A DNA stretch of 64,000 nt from Bacteroidetes bacterium MED-G17 (lineage in GTDB: Bacteria; Bacteroidota; Bacteroidia; NS11-12g; UBA9320). The number at the start of each line of letters is the position of its first letter. Position 1 is the stretch's first letter. The translations under genes and the position numbers were made by a program. Shown one piece after another: positions 28,653 through 38,583 of the stretch. The DNA is taken from positions 87,867-151,866 of the forward strand of contig NTKK01000005.1 in NCBI GenBank assembly GCA_002457675.1, read 5' to 3'. The notes below the pieces were generated by a model, which was given only the letters and a program-made list of their open reading frames with translations, did no database searches and had not been told where the DNA came from.

Positions 28653-30311
28653 CTAAAAATTTGTAATTACCGAACAGCGAAAACCGCTAAATGCTGGCTC
28701 AAGTCGGCAAATGCCTCCTGTACAGTTTACGCCTTCTACTTGTTTAATGTAAGCCGCTGTAAATGAGGTAGTCTTTATATTGTACTTTGCGAAGATGCTG
28801 TAGTAATGAAGTATCTCGTTGCTGTTTTTCTCATCTCCCAACCTTACAGGTTCTGTATTGACCATATCGCTAATTGCAAAAGAATAATGTGGGCTCATAT
28901 TTAGCTCTAAAATGGCATTAGCGAAACTGCCTAGATCTTGTCCCGTCTTCATATACTGTGCTTCAAATCTTAGGGAATTTCGTGAATTTAGCTTGTAGGT
29001 CATGTCTACAAATGGAGTAATGGTTTGTACATTGTCATACTCCTTCCCTTTTCCCTCGTAGACCTGTTGATTGTAAAAAATAGTCTGTAAGCCCATTTTG
29101 GCTTTGAAAATTTTACTGAACTTATGACTATACTGCGCATAGTGCTCTTTGAATAATTTTTCTCCGTCTAATCTTTTCACATTGCTATAATTGAGGGATA
29201 ACGTCCTTCCTCTTTTAAATGAAAAGGTAAGTCCTCCTTTAAAACCTCTCTCACCCCATTCTTGTGCAGGGGCATTATAACGCGCCAATAATCGATAGGA
29301 AGCTTGTCTAGTTAGAGATGGTTGATAGCTCATTAAGCCGCTTAATAAAATTTCTCTGGGAGATATTTTGAATTGAAAATCTTCAATTTGCCTGAATTCT
29401 GCATTGATTCCTAAAGAAGACTTTTTATTTCTGCCCAATTTTCTCTTAGAGAAATTAAACCCGGTTGAGATAATCTTTCCTGGTTTAAGTTCGTACTTAC
29501 CATTAATATTTTGATATGCCTCTTTGGTTTTCCCTACATATTCTCCATTTAGAACCAAATTTTTGCCAATGCCCAAATTGGTGTAAGCCGTGTAGCCGTA
29601 TGCGTTCCATTTTGGATCAAACTTATCCGCTGTATTCTCATATGAACTGATGATATTCGCAATATCAGTCATTTCTTCTTCGCTTATTGTTCTCTTTATA
29701 ATTGCAGCGCCAAAGTTTGCATTGATTTTTTTGCTTATTTTTAAGTTTTTCTCCGCATTCAAACCCATTATGATTTCGGGAAATGTTCCAAAACGGTCTC
29801 CTCTATTGCTGATTTGGTTGCTCTTTTGTCTACCTGTAAATCCTTTGATAAAAAAGTCGTTCCCAATTTTATATTTAACTCTCAAGCCTTCCATTGCATA
29901 GTCCAAGCCCAATAATCTTTGCTCATATGCTCTGAAAACTAAGCCACTACCAAATTGATCGTAGAATGAACCCGCAGTAATGTCCAAATTACCAATTTCT
30001 TTTCTTATCTGCCAAAATCCAATACCATGGCCAGAATAATTGCCTGTAGGGTTAAGTAAATTAGAGTTATTAAAAATATCGTAACGAGCGGAGAAATTAA
30101 ATCCTTGAACTTGATAATTCATAAACAACCAAGCTTCTGCACTTGATAACTGCTCAAAATATTGTGGCGATTCATTGGCTCCTATTTTATCGTCTCGATC
30201 AAAAAAACTTGTGAAACTTTGAAGATTTCCAGAAAAAACCCCTTTATTCTGCGCCAACACAGAAGGACCAATTAATACAAAAGCAAGAGCTATAATCGTA
30301 ATTTTTTTCAT
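28653..30311 (-). CDS. Outer-membrane beta-barrel (porin-like) protein, function unknown
   Basis: Signal peptide MKKITIIALAFVLIGPSVLA|QN. 552 aa of alternating beta-strand pattern, with a near-C-terminal CTGGICRLEPAFSGF and a terminal aromatic residue (..VITNF). Confidence 0.6.
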   Translation of the reverse strand: MKKITIIALAFVLIGPSVLAQNKGVFSGNLQSFTSFFDRDDKIGANESPQYFEQLSSAEAWLFMNYQVQGFNFSARYDIFNNSNLLNPTGNYSGHGIGFWQIRKEIGNLDITAGSFYDQFGSGLVFRAYEQRLLGLDYAMEGLRVKYKIGNDFFIKGFTGRQKSNQISNRGDRFGTFPEIIMGLNAEKNLKISKKINANFGAAIIKRTISEEEMTDIANIISSYENTADKFDPKWNAYGYTAYTNLGIGKNLVLNGEYVGKTKEAYQNINGKYELKPGKIISTGFNFSKRKLGRNKKSSLGINAEFRQIEDFQFKISPREILLSGLMSYQPSLTRQASYRLLARYNAPAQEWGERGFKGGLTFSFKRGRTLSLNYSNVKRLDGEKLFKEHYAQYSHKFSKIFKAKMGLQTIFYNQQVYEGKGKEYDNVQTITPFVDMTYKLNSRNSLRFEAQYMKTGQDLGSFANAILELNMSPHYSFAISDMVNTEPVRLGDEKNSNEILHYYSIFAKYNIKTTSFTAAYIKQVEGVNCTGGICRLEPAFSGFRCSVITNF

Positions 30312-30349
30312 GAATTAATTTTTCGCTAAAATGATGAATTTTTATTAAT

Positions 30350-30357
30350 TAAGTTTG
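30350..30357 (+). promoter_or_regulatory. Candidate -7 promoter box (TAAGTTTG) for pyrF
   Basis: Exact TAnnTTTG, 16 nt upstream of ATG 30374. Confidence 0.3.
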
Positions 30358-30373
30358 ACACGTTAAAGAGTTC

Positions 30374-31186
30374 ATGCAATTATCGGCATTTATAGACTTT
30401 GTAAAAAATAAGAAATCCTGTTTGTGCGTTGGCTTAGACAATGATTACAATAAGTTGCCCCCTCATCTTTTGCCTCACGCAAGGCCAATGCTTGCATTTA
30501 ACAAACATATTATTCAAGCTACGTTAGATCATTGCGTAGCTTATAAAATAAATACTGCATTCTACGAAGTACTTGGATCGCGTGGTATGGAAATGATGGA
30601 GGAAACATTAGAACTTATTCCAAAAAGTCATTTGGTAATTGCTGATGCCAAAAGAGGTGATATTGGGAATACAGCAGAAAAATATGCACAAACCTTTCTA
30701 GATTTTTACCCATTTGACGCGGTAACCATAAATCCCTACATGGGTTTTGAAACAGTAGACCCATTTTTAAACTACCACAATAAATATGCAATTATTTTAG
30801 GTTTAACTTCAAATGAAGGAAGCAAACATATTGAAGAGCTGGCCCTTAAAGATGGTCAAAAGATTTACCAAAAAGTAATTAGCCATTTCGCTAAGCATAG
30901 AGAAACAAAGAAAATAATGTTTGTAGTTGGAGCTACCAAAGCGGAAAAAATAAGTGAAATAAGAAAGATTGCACCCGAAAATTTCTTTTTGGTTCCTGGA
31001 ATTGGTGCACAAGGTGGAAAACTAGAAGATGTTTTACACGCTGGTATGACAAAAGATGTAGGTCTATTGATCAACAGCTCTAGGGGTATTTTGTATCAAT
31101 CTGCTGGAACAGACTTTGCAGAAAAAGCGAGAAATGCAGCCAAAGAAATTCATGAGAAAATGAAACCGTTCATAGAATCAGTTTGA
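30374..31186 (+). CDS. pyrF: Orotidine-5'-phosphate decarboxylase (long, type 2 form)
   Basis: 270 aa with LCVGLDND, IADAKRGDIGNT and VPGIGAQGG. Confidence 0.88.
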   Translation: MQLSAFIDFVKNKKSCLCVGLDNDYNKLPPHLLPHARPMLAFNKHIIQATLDHCVAYKINTAFYEVLGSRGMEMMEETLELIPKSHLVIADAKRGDIGNTAEKYAQTFLDFYPFDAVTINPYMGFETVDPFLNYHNKYAIILGLTSNEGSKHIEELALKDGQKIYQKVISHFAKHRETKKIMFVVGATKAEKISEIRKIAPENFFLVPGIGAQGGKLEDVLHAGMTKDVGLLINSSRGILYQSAGTDFAEKARNAAKEIHEKMKPFIESV

Positions 31187-32682
31187 TGGATAACAAAAAA
31201 TTCCTTAGTATTTTCTGTTTTCTGATTCACTTCACTTTTGTTTTAGGTCAGAAAAAAATAGAACTTCTAAATGCAGATTCTCTACTTTTCGATCAACAAT
31301 TTGGTGAAATGCAGAGACTTAAAGGGCATGTCTTTTTTCAACAAAAAGATGTATTCATGAAAAGTGACAGTGCTTGGTTTTACGAAAAAGAAAATAGACT
31401 AAAAGCTTTTGGAAGAGTTCATATTTATCAAAAAGACTCTTTCGATCTTTTCGGCAATTATCTAGAGTATGACGGAAATGATGAAAATGCAATTGTAAAA
31501 GGTAATGTAGAATTGAGCGATGAAGATATGACACTGCGAACAGAGTCTATCATTTATGATATCCCGAATAAAACTGCTTTTTATCTTCAAGATGGCCATA
31601 TAAATGACAACGAAAATGACCTAATTAGTAAAACAGGAAAGTATTTCTCAAGAACAAAGCGTTTTAGTTTTAAAAATAACGTAGTACTTACCAATCCCAA
31701 GTACAAAATGACTTCAGATACATTAGATTATTTCACATCAAATAAAACTGCATATTTCTATGGGCCGACCTATATAAAGAGCAAGGAAAACACAATTTAT
31801 TGCAATGCTGGTTGGTACAATACAAAAACTGAAGAATCTCAATTTAGTAAAGGCGCATGGATACAAGGAAAAGAGAACAAGTTGGTAGCAGATAGCCTAG
31901 TTTATAATAGACAAACTGGCATTGGAAAAGCTTTTAGAGATATCATTCTATCGGATTCTCAAAATAATGTAAAAATTTTTGGAGCCTACGCTGTATACAA
32001 CCAATTGCAAAAAAAAACCACCATAACAATAAATCCCTTAGCCATTAAAATTCAAAAGTCAGACACACTATTTTTGATTGCAGATACGCTCATTGACCAA
32101 ACAGACACCTCAGCCAAACGGGCAGTAAGAGCATTCTCAAATGCTAGGTTTATGAATCTAGACATTCAGGGAAAAGCTGACTCAATAATTTATCAAGTGG
32201 ATGATTCCACAATGACCTTATATAAAAAGCCCATTTTGTGGACTGACTCCAACCAACTTTCAGCAGATACCATTTTTATTTTCCAAAATTCTCAGGGTAT
32301 TGATTATATGATCTTAAATGCTAACAGTTTTATCACCTCTAAGGAAAATGACCTAGTTTTTAATCAGATAAAGGGAGAAAAAATCAAGGCACTATTTATT
32401 AAAAGTGAATTAGCAAAAGTATTTGTAATCAACAAAGGAGAAAGCTTATACTACGTTAAAGAAGAAGATAGTACCTACTCAGGAGTGAATAAAATTAATT
32501 GTGAAAAAATGACAATCAGTATTGACAGCTCAAAAGTGAAAAACATATTATTTCTATCAAAGCCTAAAGGAACCTTCTACCCTATAGAAGAATTAAGCCT
32601 TGAGAAAAGTCGTCTACAAGGTTTTTCGTGGCTGTACATGTTGAAACCTAAAAGAAAAGCATTTATCTTACCCAATAATTAG
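31186..32682 (+). CDS. OstA-like (LptA/LptD N-terminal fold) repeat protein
   Basis: Signal peptide ..FLIHFTFVLG|QK. OstA-like strand patterns are repeated (LKGHVFFQQKDVFMKSDSAWFYEKENRLKAFGRVHI; VKGNVELSDEDMTLRTESIIYD). ATG 31186 overlaps the pyrF TGA by 1 nt. Confidence 0.6.
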   Translation: MDNKKFLSIFCFLIHFTFVLGQKKIELLNADSLLFDQQFGEMQRLKGHVFFQQKDVFMKSDSAWFYEKENRLKAFGRVHIYQKDSFDLFGNYLEYDGNDENAIVKGNVELSDEDMTLRTESIIYDIPNKTAFYLQDGHINDNENDLISKTGKYFSRTKRFSFKNNVVLTNPKYKMTSDTLDYFTSNKTAYFYGPTYIKSKENTIYCNAGWYNTKTEESQFSKGAWIQGKENKLVADSLVYNRQTGIGKAFRDIILSDSQNNVKIFGAYAVYNQLQKKTTITINPLAIKIQKSDTLFLIADTLIDQTDTSAKRAVRAFSNARFMNLDIQGKADSIIYQVDDSTMTLYKKPILWTDSNQLSADTIFIFQNSQGIDYMILNANSFITSKENDLVFNQIKGEKIKALFIKSELAKVFVINKGESLYYVKEEDSTYSGVNKINCEKMTISIDSSKVKNILFLSKPKGTFYPIEELSLEKSRLQGFSWLYMLKPKRKAFILPNN

Positions 32683-32716
32683 ATTTACCTTTTCGTTTCT
32701 TATGTGATAAATCAAT

Positions 32717-34699
32717 ATGAAAAGACTAAAATTTCTAGCAATTGGCTCACTATTAATGTTTTTCTTAAGCAGCAAAGCAACCCCAAATGAAGTACAAACA
32801 AAATCTAAAATAAATGCAGTAACCGTATACTTAAATGGCGCTCAAATAAATCGTTTAGCCTCCATAAATCTGAAAAAAGGACACAATAGAATTGTATTGA
32901 ATAAATTATCCCCTTATTTAGACAAAAAGTCAATCCAAATAAAAGGAAATGGTGACTTTACCATTTTATCAACCAATCATCAATTTAATTTTTTGAATGT
33001 TGAAAAATACAATGAAGAAATTGCTAAACTTTTAGACAGCATTCACTCCATTTCAAAACGTAAAGAAGTACTAAGTGAAAAAATAACCTCCAAAACTGAA
33101 ACGCTGAATTTCTTAAAAATTAATCAAAATATTAAAGGGGACAATCAAAACATTCATCCGGACGAGCTAAAAACATTATATTTCTTTTATGGAGAACAAA
33201 TAGAATTCCTAAGACTGACAATTCTAGAAAAAAGAAGAAACCTTGACGTACTCAACCAAAACTTACAGAAATATACTGCTCAACTTAATCAAGAAAACAA
33301 TAAAAAAACTGAGGGTAATGCCGAGGTTATAGTAGACATCTTAGCAAAAAAATCCACATTAGGCACTTTACAACTAAGTTACATGGTTTACCATGCAGGG
33401 TGGTACCCGAGTTACGATATTCGAGTTAAAAATTTACAATCACCTATAGAACTTACTTACCAAGCCAATATCTACCAAAATACGGGAGAAGATTGGAAAA
33501 ATGTCCAACTAACATTTAGTAATGCAGACCCAAGAAAATCAAGTGATTTACCGATATTAAACCCGTACTATTTAAAATTTACAAATGGAAACTATGGCAA
33601 TTATCGCAAACAAATGAAAAACAGTTACAAGCTCGAAAACTATATTGGACAAAATAATGCTGAAGTCAATGGCCGTGTAGTTAATACCAAAGGAGAGCCA
33701 CTTCCATTTGCTACTATAAAGGTTCAAGGCTCAAGCATGGGCGTAGTTACTGATCAAAATGGGGATTTTTCTTTAACCCTCCCTCCCAATAAGAACCAAG
33801 TTTTGGTAAGCTATATTGGTTACAACAATATCTCGCAAGTTATCCGAGCTAATGCATTTAATACCATTACCTTGCGGGAGTCTGTTCAACAGGTTTCGTC
33901 AGAGATTGCCGAAGTGAAGATTTTGGCTGATAAAGTAGCCAGCAACCTTAGCATTGCTCAAGTCCAAAAGCTACCAACAAGAAAAGCATATGTTGCAGGT
34001 GTAAAAGCAAGTCGAAGCAAAAGAAGGTCTGCGCTAAATTCTAGATACGAGGACGCAAGTAAACCACTACCCGTGGCTTATATTCCGAATAAAACCCATT
34101 TTGAACTTTCCGTAAAAACACCCTTTACCATCCAAAGCAATGGTAAAACAAAGCAATTGGTAATTGACCAAAAAAGTGTTGAAGCCTATTATGAATATCG
34201 TGCTGTCCCAAAACTTGAACCTTCTGCCTTTCTTATTGCCCGTATTACTGATTGGTCGAAATACAATTTATTAGAAGGCACCGCTCGACTATATTTTGAA
34301 AATACATACGTTGGAAAGTCTGTTTTAGACGTTGCTGCACTAAATGATACATTAAACCTATCCTTAGGCCGAGATAGAGGCATCGTGATTGCCCGTAACA
34401 AAACCAAATCATTCGCTGGGAAACAATTTTTAGGAAATGACCAGATTCAAAAAAGAAGTTTTGAAATTACCGTAAGAAATAATAAATCAAACGAAATCAA
34501 TCTTATCGTTTACGACCAAATTCCAATTACACGACAAAAAAATATTCAAGTGGACGTGAAAGACTTAGCTGGAGGCAAGCTGGATGAAATCAAAGGCGAA
34601 ATTTCTTGGGAAATAAAACTTGCAGCGAATAAGCAAAAAGATATTGGTTTTAAATACCAAGTGCAACATCCAAAAAACACCTATGTGAATATTGAATAA
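32717..34699 (+). CDS. DUF4140/DUF4139 (MuiA-like) protein with an embedded CarboxypepD_reg-like domain
   Basis: The N-terminus is INAVTVYLNGAQINRLASINLKKGHNRIVL, followed by a coiled-coil segment. The C-terminus is GTARLYFENTYVGKSVLD..LSLGRDRGIVIARNK. Internally there is NGRVVNTKGEPLPFATIKVQGSSMGVVTDQNGDFSLTLPPNKNQVLVSYIGY. Confidence 0.6.
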   Translation: MKRLKFLAIGSLLMFFLSSKATPNEVQTKSKINAVTVYLNGAQINRLASINLKKGHNRIVLNKLSPYLDKKSIQIKGNGDFTILSTNHQFNFLNVEKYNEEIAKLLDSIHSISKRKEVLSEKITSKTETLNFLKINQNIKGDNQNIHPDELKTLYFFYGEQIEFLRLTILEKRRNLDVLNQNLQKYTAQLNQENNKKTEGNAEVIVDILAKKSTLGTLQLSYMVYHAGWYPSYDIRVKNLQSPIELTYQANIYQNTGEDWKNVQLTFSNADPRKSSDLPILNPYYLKFTNGNYGNYRKQMKNSYKLENYIGQNNAEVNGRVVNTKGEPLPFATIKVQGSSMGVVTDQNGDFSLTLPPNKNQVLVSYIGYNNISQVIRANAFNTITLRESVQQVSSEIAEVKILADKVASNLSIAQVQKLPTRKAYVAGVKASRSKRRSALNSRYEDASKPLPVAYIPNKTHFELSVKTPFTIQSNGKTKQLVIDQKSVEAYYEYRAVPKLEPSAFLIARITDWSKYNLLEGTARLYFENTYVGKSVLDVAALNDTLNLSLGRDRGIVIARNKTKSFAGKQFLGNDQIQKRSFEITVRNNKSNEINLIVYDQIPITRQKNIQVDVKDLAGGKLDEIKGEISWEIKLAANKQKDIGFKYQVQHPKNTYVNIE

Positions 34700-34743
34700 T
34701 TCATTTTTTTTTTAGTCAGGCCAAAAGCCCCTTTTTTCGCAGT

Positions 34744-37653
34744 GTGATTATCAAGCGGGTAATAGGTCTTTTTTGTTTTTTGTTTTGCTTCAGATTGCTT
34801 ACATGTGGACAACCGTTTAGTCCACCAATCAATGATCCTTGGGTAAAGGAACACTTTGCACGTTTAAGTTTGGAAGAAAAGATTGCTCAACTATTTATGG
34901 TGGAAGTGCGGCCAGCAAAGGGGGCCAATCATCTAACACAAGTAGAAAGGTTGGTGAAAAAATACCAAATTGGTGGATTGATTTTTTTTAAAGGAAATCC
35001 AAAAAATCAAGCCTTATTAACGAACAAGTACCAATTGCTAAGCAAAACAAAAATGCTTATTGCCATTGACGGGGAATGGGGATTGGCCATGCGCCTAAAT
35101 CAAACCCCAAATTTTCCATACCAGATGGAATTGGGGGGAATCCAAAACAATAAACTCATCTTTGAAATGGGCAAAGAAATTGGCAAGCAGTGCAAACGAC
35201 TTGGTATCCAAATAAACTTAGCTCCAGTAGTTGATATCAACAACAATCCAAAAAACCCTGTAATTAATTTTAGAAGTTTCGGAGAAAATCCTGCCGAAGT
35301 GAGCATGAAAAGTCTTCATTATGCAAAAGGTTTACAAAGCGAAAATATAATTGCATGTGCCAAACATTTTCCGGGGCATGGCGATACAGAGACTGACTCG
35401 CACAAAGACTTACCAATTATTAGGCATGACCTGTCACGATTAAACCAAATAGAACTAGTACCTTTTAAATATCTAATAAAAAATGGTGTGGCCAGTATTA
35501 TGTCAGCCCATCTCTATGTTCCAAGTATAGAAAGTAAAGAAAATACAGCCACTTCCCTCAGCTCAAAAGCTATAAACCAACTGCTGAGAAACAAACTAAA
35601 ATATAAAGGTTTGGTCATAACCGACGCACTCAATATGCAAGGTGTTGCAAAATTTTATCCACCGGGCGAACTGGAGTTAAAAGCACTCAAAGCAGGAAAC
35701 GATATATTACTTGCTCCAGCAGATGTACCTAAATCTATTCAACAAATCAAAAATGCCATGAAGCAAGGCCGTTTAGATACTGGATACGTTTTTCAAAAGG
35801 TGAGGAAAATTTTGGCTTATAAAAAGTGGGTTGGACTTGATACATTTAGGCAAATTCCTCTGCAGAACCTAACCACAGATTTAAATACACCCAATGCAAA
35901 ATTATTAATAGAGAAACTCGCAATTGAAAGTGTGTGTCTGGCTGCCAATAAACAAAATTTCATACCCATTAAAGAAACAACTAAAGCGCAAACCCTTTTC
36001 GTTGAATTCAATGACTTCAATGTCTCTTTTAAAAATGAAATGTCAGAAAGAGGCCTTTCGAATCATATCCGAGTAAGCAGTAGACCCAGTGATTACAGAC
36101 TAAAACGACTCTCGCAAGAAATTAATACGTATAAGAAAATTGTTATATCTCTACATCAACTAAATAAGTACCCAAAAAATAATTATGGACTATCTAAGAA
36201 TCTTGAAGCTTGGATCCAAAAGACAATAAGAACAAAAAATTCATTACTAGTAGTTTTTGGAAATCCATATGCAATAAAAAATATCTCAGATATAGAGAAC
36301 CTTATTGTAGCTTATTCAAACGATGCTTTACATCATAAAGTCGTAAGTCAAGTAATTGTTGGCGAAATCTTAGCCAAAGCCTATTTGCCAGTCAGTATCA
36401 ATACTAAATTGACTTGGGGTAAGAGGGCCAAAATTTTATCCAATAAAAAAAACCTAAAAGAACCAAGTGATAGTCTAAAGCGTGTACATAATTCAAAATT
36501 GAAATTGATTGATACCATAGCCAATCAAGCAATTCGAGACAAATGTATGCCTGGTTGTCAAATATTGGTAGCTCATAAAGGAACAGTAGTATATGAAAAG
36601 TCATTTGGTTTTTTTACTTACGATTCTTCTCAAATCGTAAAAAAAACAAGCCTTTACGACTTGGCTTCACTCACCAAAATTCTTGGTACCACTTTGGCAA
36701 TAATGAAACTCAATGAGGAGGAAAAAATCCAATTAAATGACCCCATGTCAAAACATCTTGAATTTTTAAAATACTCAAATAAGGCAGACATAACTATCAA
36801 GGAGGTTTTGACGCATAGAGCAGGACTTCAAGACTGGATTCCTTTTTACAAACATGTTCTAGAAAATGCAGAAATATTGGATACCGTATTTAGCAATATT
36901 CCTTCTGGCAAGTTTTCAATCAAAAATGGGAATGGGATATACATGAACAAAAACTATGTGGACCAAATGATAGATGAAATAATTTCTTCTCCAATAAATG
37001 GAAGAGGGAAATACCTATATAGCGACTTGGGGATGATACTACTCAAGCAATTGGTGGAAAAAAAATCAGGCGTCAATTTTGATTACTATCTCGAAAGTAA
37101 TTTTTACCAATGTCTCGATTTGGAAAGAACATGTTTTAATCCTACTGATAAGTTCCATGAGCATGAAATAGTACCAACCGAAATAAATCCAGATCACCGA
37201 CCTGGCCTGATACAAGGTTTTGTTCATGACCCGGCATCTGCCATGCTAGGAGGTGTTTCAGGACACGCGGGCTTATTTTCTAATGCACACGAAGTAGCTA
37301 TCATAATGCAAATGCTAATGAATAAAGGACAGTATGGAAGTTATCAGTTTTTCAATGAAGAAACAATCGAAAAATTTATCAAAAGGCAGTCGTATGACTC
37401 TAGAAGAGGTCTTGGTTTTGACAAACATGATTTCATACATCCAAGAAAATCCCCGACCAGTAAATTGGCAAGTCCAAGTACATTTGGTCACTCAGGATTT
37501 ACAGGGACTCAGGTGTGGGCAGATCCTTCCAATGAAATAATCTATGTTTTTTTGAGCAACCGAATTTACCCCACAGCAAAAAACAAAAAGCTGATTTACC
37601 AAAATATCCGAACCAAAATTATGGATGAAATCTACAAACAAATACTTAACTAA
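34744..37653 (+). CDS. Fusion of a GH3 NagZ-like beta-N-acetylhexosaminidase and a serine beta-lactamase/PBP-like hydrolase
   Basis: The GTG start gives signal peptide ..FCFRLLTCG|QP. The GH3 N-domain has IDGEWGLAMR and KHFPGHGDTETDSH. The C-terminal half has an SxxK motif (ASLTKILGT) and a class C/AmpH-like pattern (YSDLGMILL, HSGFTG). Confidence 0.8.
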   Translation: MIIKRVIGLFCFLFCFRLLTCGQPFSPPINDPWVKEHFARLSLEEKIAQLFMVEVRPAKGANHLTQVERLVKKYQIGGLIFFKGNPKNQALLTNKYQLLSKTKMLIAIDGEWGLAMRLNQTPNFPYQMELGGIQNNKLIFEMGKEIGKQCKRLGIQINLAPVVDINNNPKNPVINFRSFGENPAEVSMKSLHYAKGLQSENIIACAKHFPGHGDTETDSHKDLPIIRHDLSRLNQIELVPFKYLIKNGVASIMSAHLYVPSIESKENTATSLSSKAINQLLRNKLKYKGLVITDALNMQGVAKFYPPGELELKALKAGNDILLAPADVPKSIQQIKNAMKQGRLDTGYVFQKVRKILAYKKWVGLDTFRQIPLQNLTTDLNTPNAKLLIEKLAIESVCLAANKQNFIPIKETTKAQTLFVEFNDFNVSFKNEMSERGLSNHIRVSSRPSDYRLKRLSQEINTYKKIVISLHQLNKYPKNNYGLSKNLEAWIQKTIRTKNSLLVVFGNPYAIKNISDIENLIVAYSNDALHHKVVSQVIVGEILAKAYLPVSINTKLTWGKRAKILSNKKNLKEPSDSLKRVHNSKLKLIDTIANQAIRDKCMPGCQILVAHKGTVVYEKSFGFFTYDSSQIVKKTSLYDLASLTKILGTTLAIMKLNEEEKIQLNDPMSKHLEFLKYSNKADITIKEVLTHRAGLQDWIPFYKHVLENAEILDTVFSNIPSGKFSIKNGNGIYMNKNYVDQMIDEIISSPINGRGKYLYSDLGMILLKQLVEKKSGVNFDYYLESNFYQCLDLERTCFNPTDKFHEHEIVPTEINPDHRPGLIQGFVHDPASAMLGGVSGHAGLFSNAHEVAIIMQMLMNKGQYGSYQFFNEETIEKFIKRQSYDSRRGLGFDKHDFIHPRKSPTSKLASPSTFGHSGFTGTQVWADPSNEIIYVFLSNRIYPTAKNKKLIYQNIRTKIMDEIYKQILN

Positions 37654-38492
37654 TCCAAACGAATATTGTCTAAAAGTCGAACCCCGTGATAATTGACAAC
37701 TGTCAACGCAATTTTTGATTTTTGCTCGTAATTGTCAGTTTCTTGTAAACTTTGCATATTCACAATTTTTAAGTATTCAAGGTTTGCCCCATCATGTTCA
37801 CTAATATTTTTGATGAATGAATCAATTCCTTGTTTAAAATTACCTTGTTTAAAGTACTGTTTCAATTGAATTAGAGACGAAAAAATAAACCCCGCATTTT
37901 TTCTTAATTCATCGGTCAATCTGTTATTTCTAGAACTCATCGCCAAACCATTTTCTTCTCGAATAATCGGGCAAACGACAACATCTGTTTGAATGCCCAA
38001 TAGTTTGCACAAATGAAAAACGACTACTGTTTGTTGAAAATCTTTTTGCCCAAAATAGGCTCTATCTGCAGGGACAATTTTGAAGAGTCTGTCTAAAACA
38101 TTGCAAACACCCTGAAAATGACCCGGACGCAAATGCCCCTCTAAATTTTTATCTAGGCCAGCCAAATCATACTGTTTTGTTTTATAATCAGGAGGATAAA
38201 TCGTCTTGGCCGCAGGGTTAAATAGCATATCAACACCTTCTTTCAACAGTAAATTTATGTCTGAAGAGAGAGTTTTTGGATAGGTTGCAAAATCAGATTT
38301 TTCGGTAAATTGAGTGGGATTAACAAATATGCTACATACCGTCTTATCATTTTCCTCTTTAGACTTTCTAATCAAAGACAAGTGTCCTTCATGCAAGGCA
38401 CCCATGGTTGGCACAAAGCCTACCGTAAAGCCATTTCTTTTCCAAACATTAATTTGGGCAAGCGTATCGTTCTCATTTTTTTGATAATGCAT
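37650..38492 (-). CDS. panC: Pantoate--beta-alanine ligase
   Basis: VGFVPTMGALHEGHLSLI and SIFVNPTQF. ATG is at 38492 (MHYQKNE). Confidence 0.9.
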   Translation of the reverse strand: MHYQKNENDTLAQINVWKRNGFTVGFVPTMGALHEGHLSLIRKSKEENDKTVCSIFVNPTQFTEKSDFATYPKTLSSDINLLLKEGVDMLFNPAAKTIYPPDYKTKQYDLAGLDKNLEGHLRPGHFQGVCNVLDRLFKIVPADRAYFGQKDFQQTVVVFHLCKLLGIQTDVVVCPIIREENGLAMSSRNNRLTDELRKNAGFIFSSLIQLKQYFKQGNFKQGIDSFIKNISEHDGANLEYLKIVNMQSLQETDNYEQKSKIALTVVNYHGVRLLDNIRLD

Positions 38493-38552
38493 ATACGAAA
38501 AAGTTAGCAAAAATGCAAGTTCTATTAAATACAAAATAATAACTTACAATTT

Positions 38553-38560
38553 TATCTTTG
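38553..38560 (+). promoter_or_regulatory. Candidate -7 promoter box (TATCTTTG) for the glycogen-synthase-like gene
   Basis: Exact TAnnTTTG, 23 nt upstream of ATG 38584. Confidence 0.3.
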
Positions 38561-38583
38561 TACCATCGTTCTTTTAAAGTAAA

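Noticed and set aside
34700-34743. T10 run plus ggc-caaaa-gcc mini-hairpin and T6 after the MuiA-like gene, considered as a terminator or regulatory element upstream of the GH3 fusion gene.
   Set aside because: The stem is only 3 bp, so I cannot support a terminator call. The T-run may simply be AT-rich spacer.
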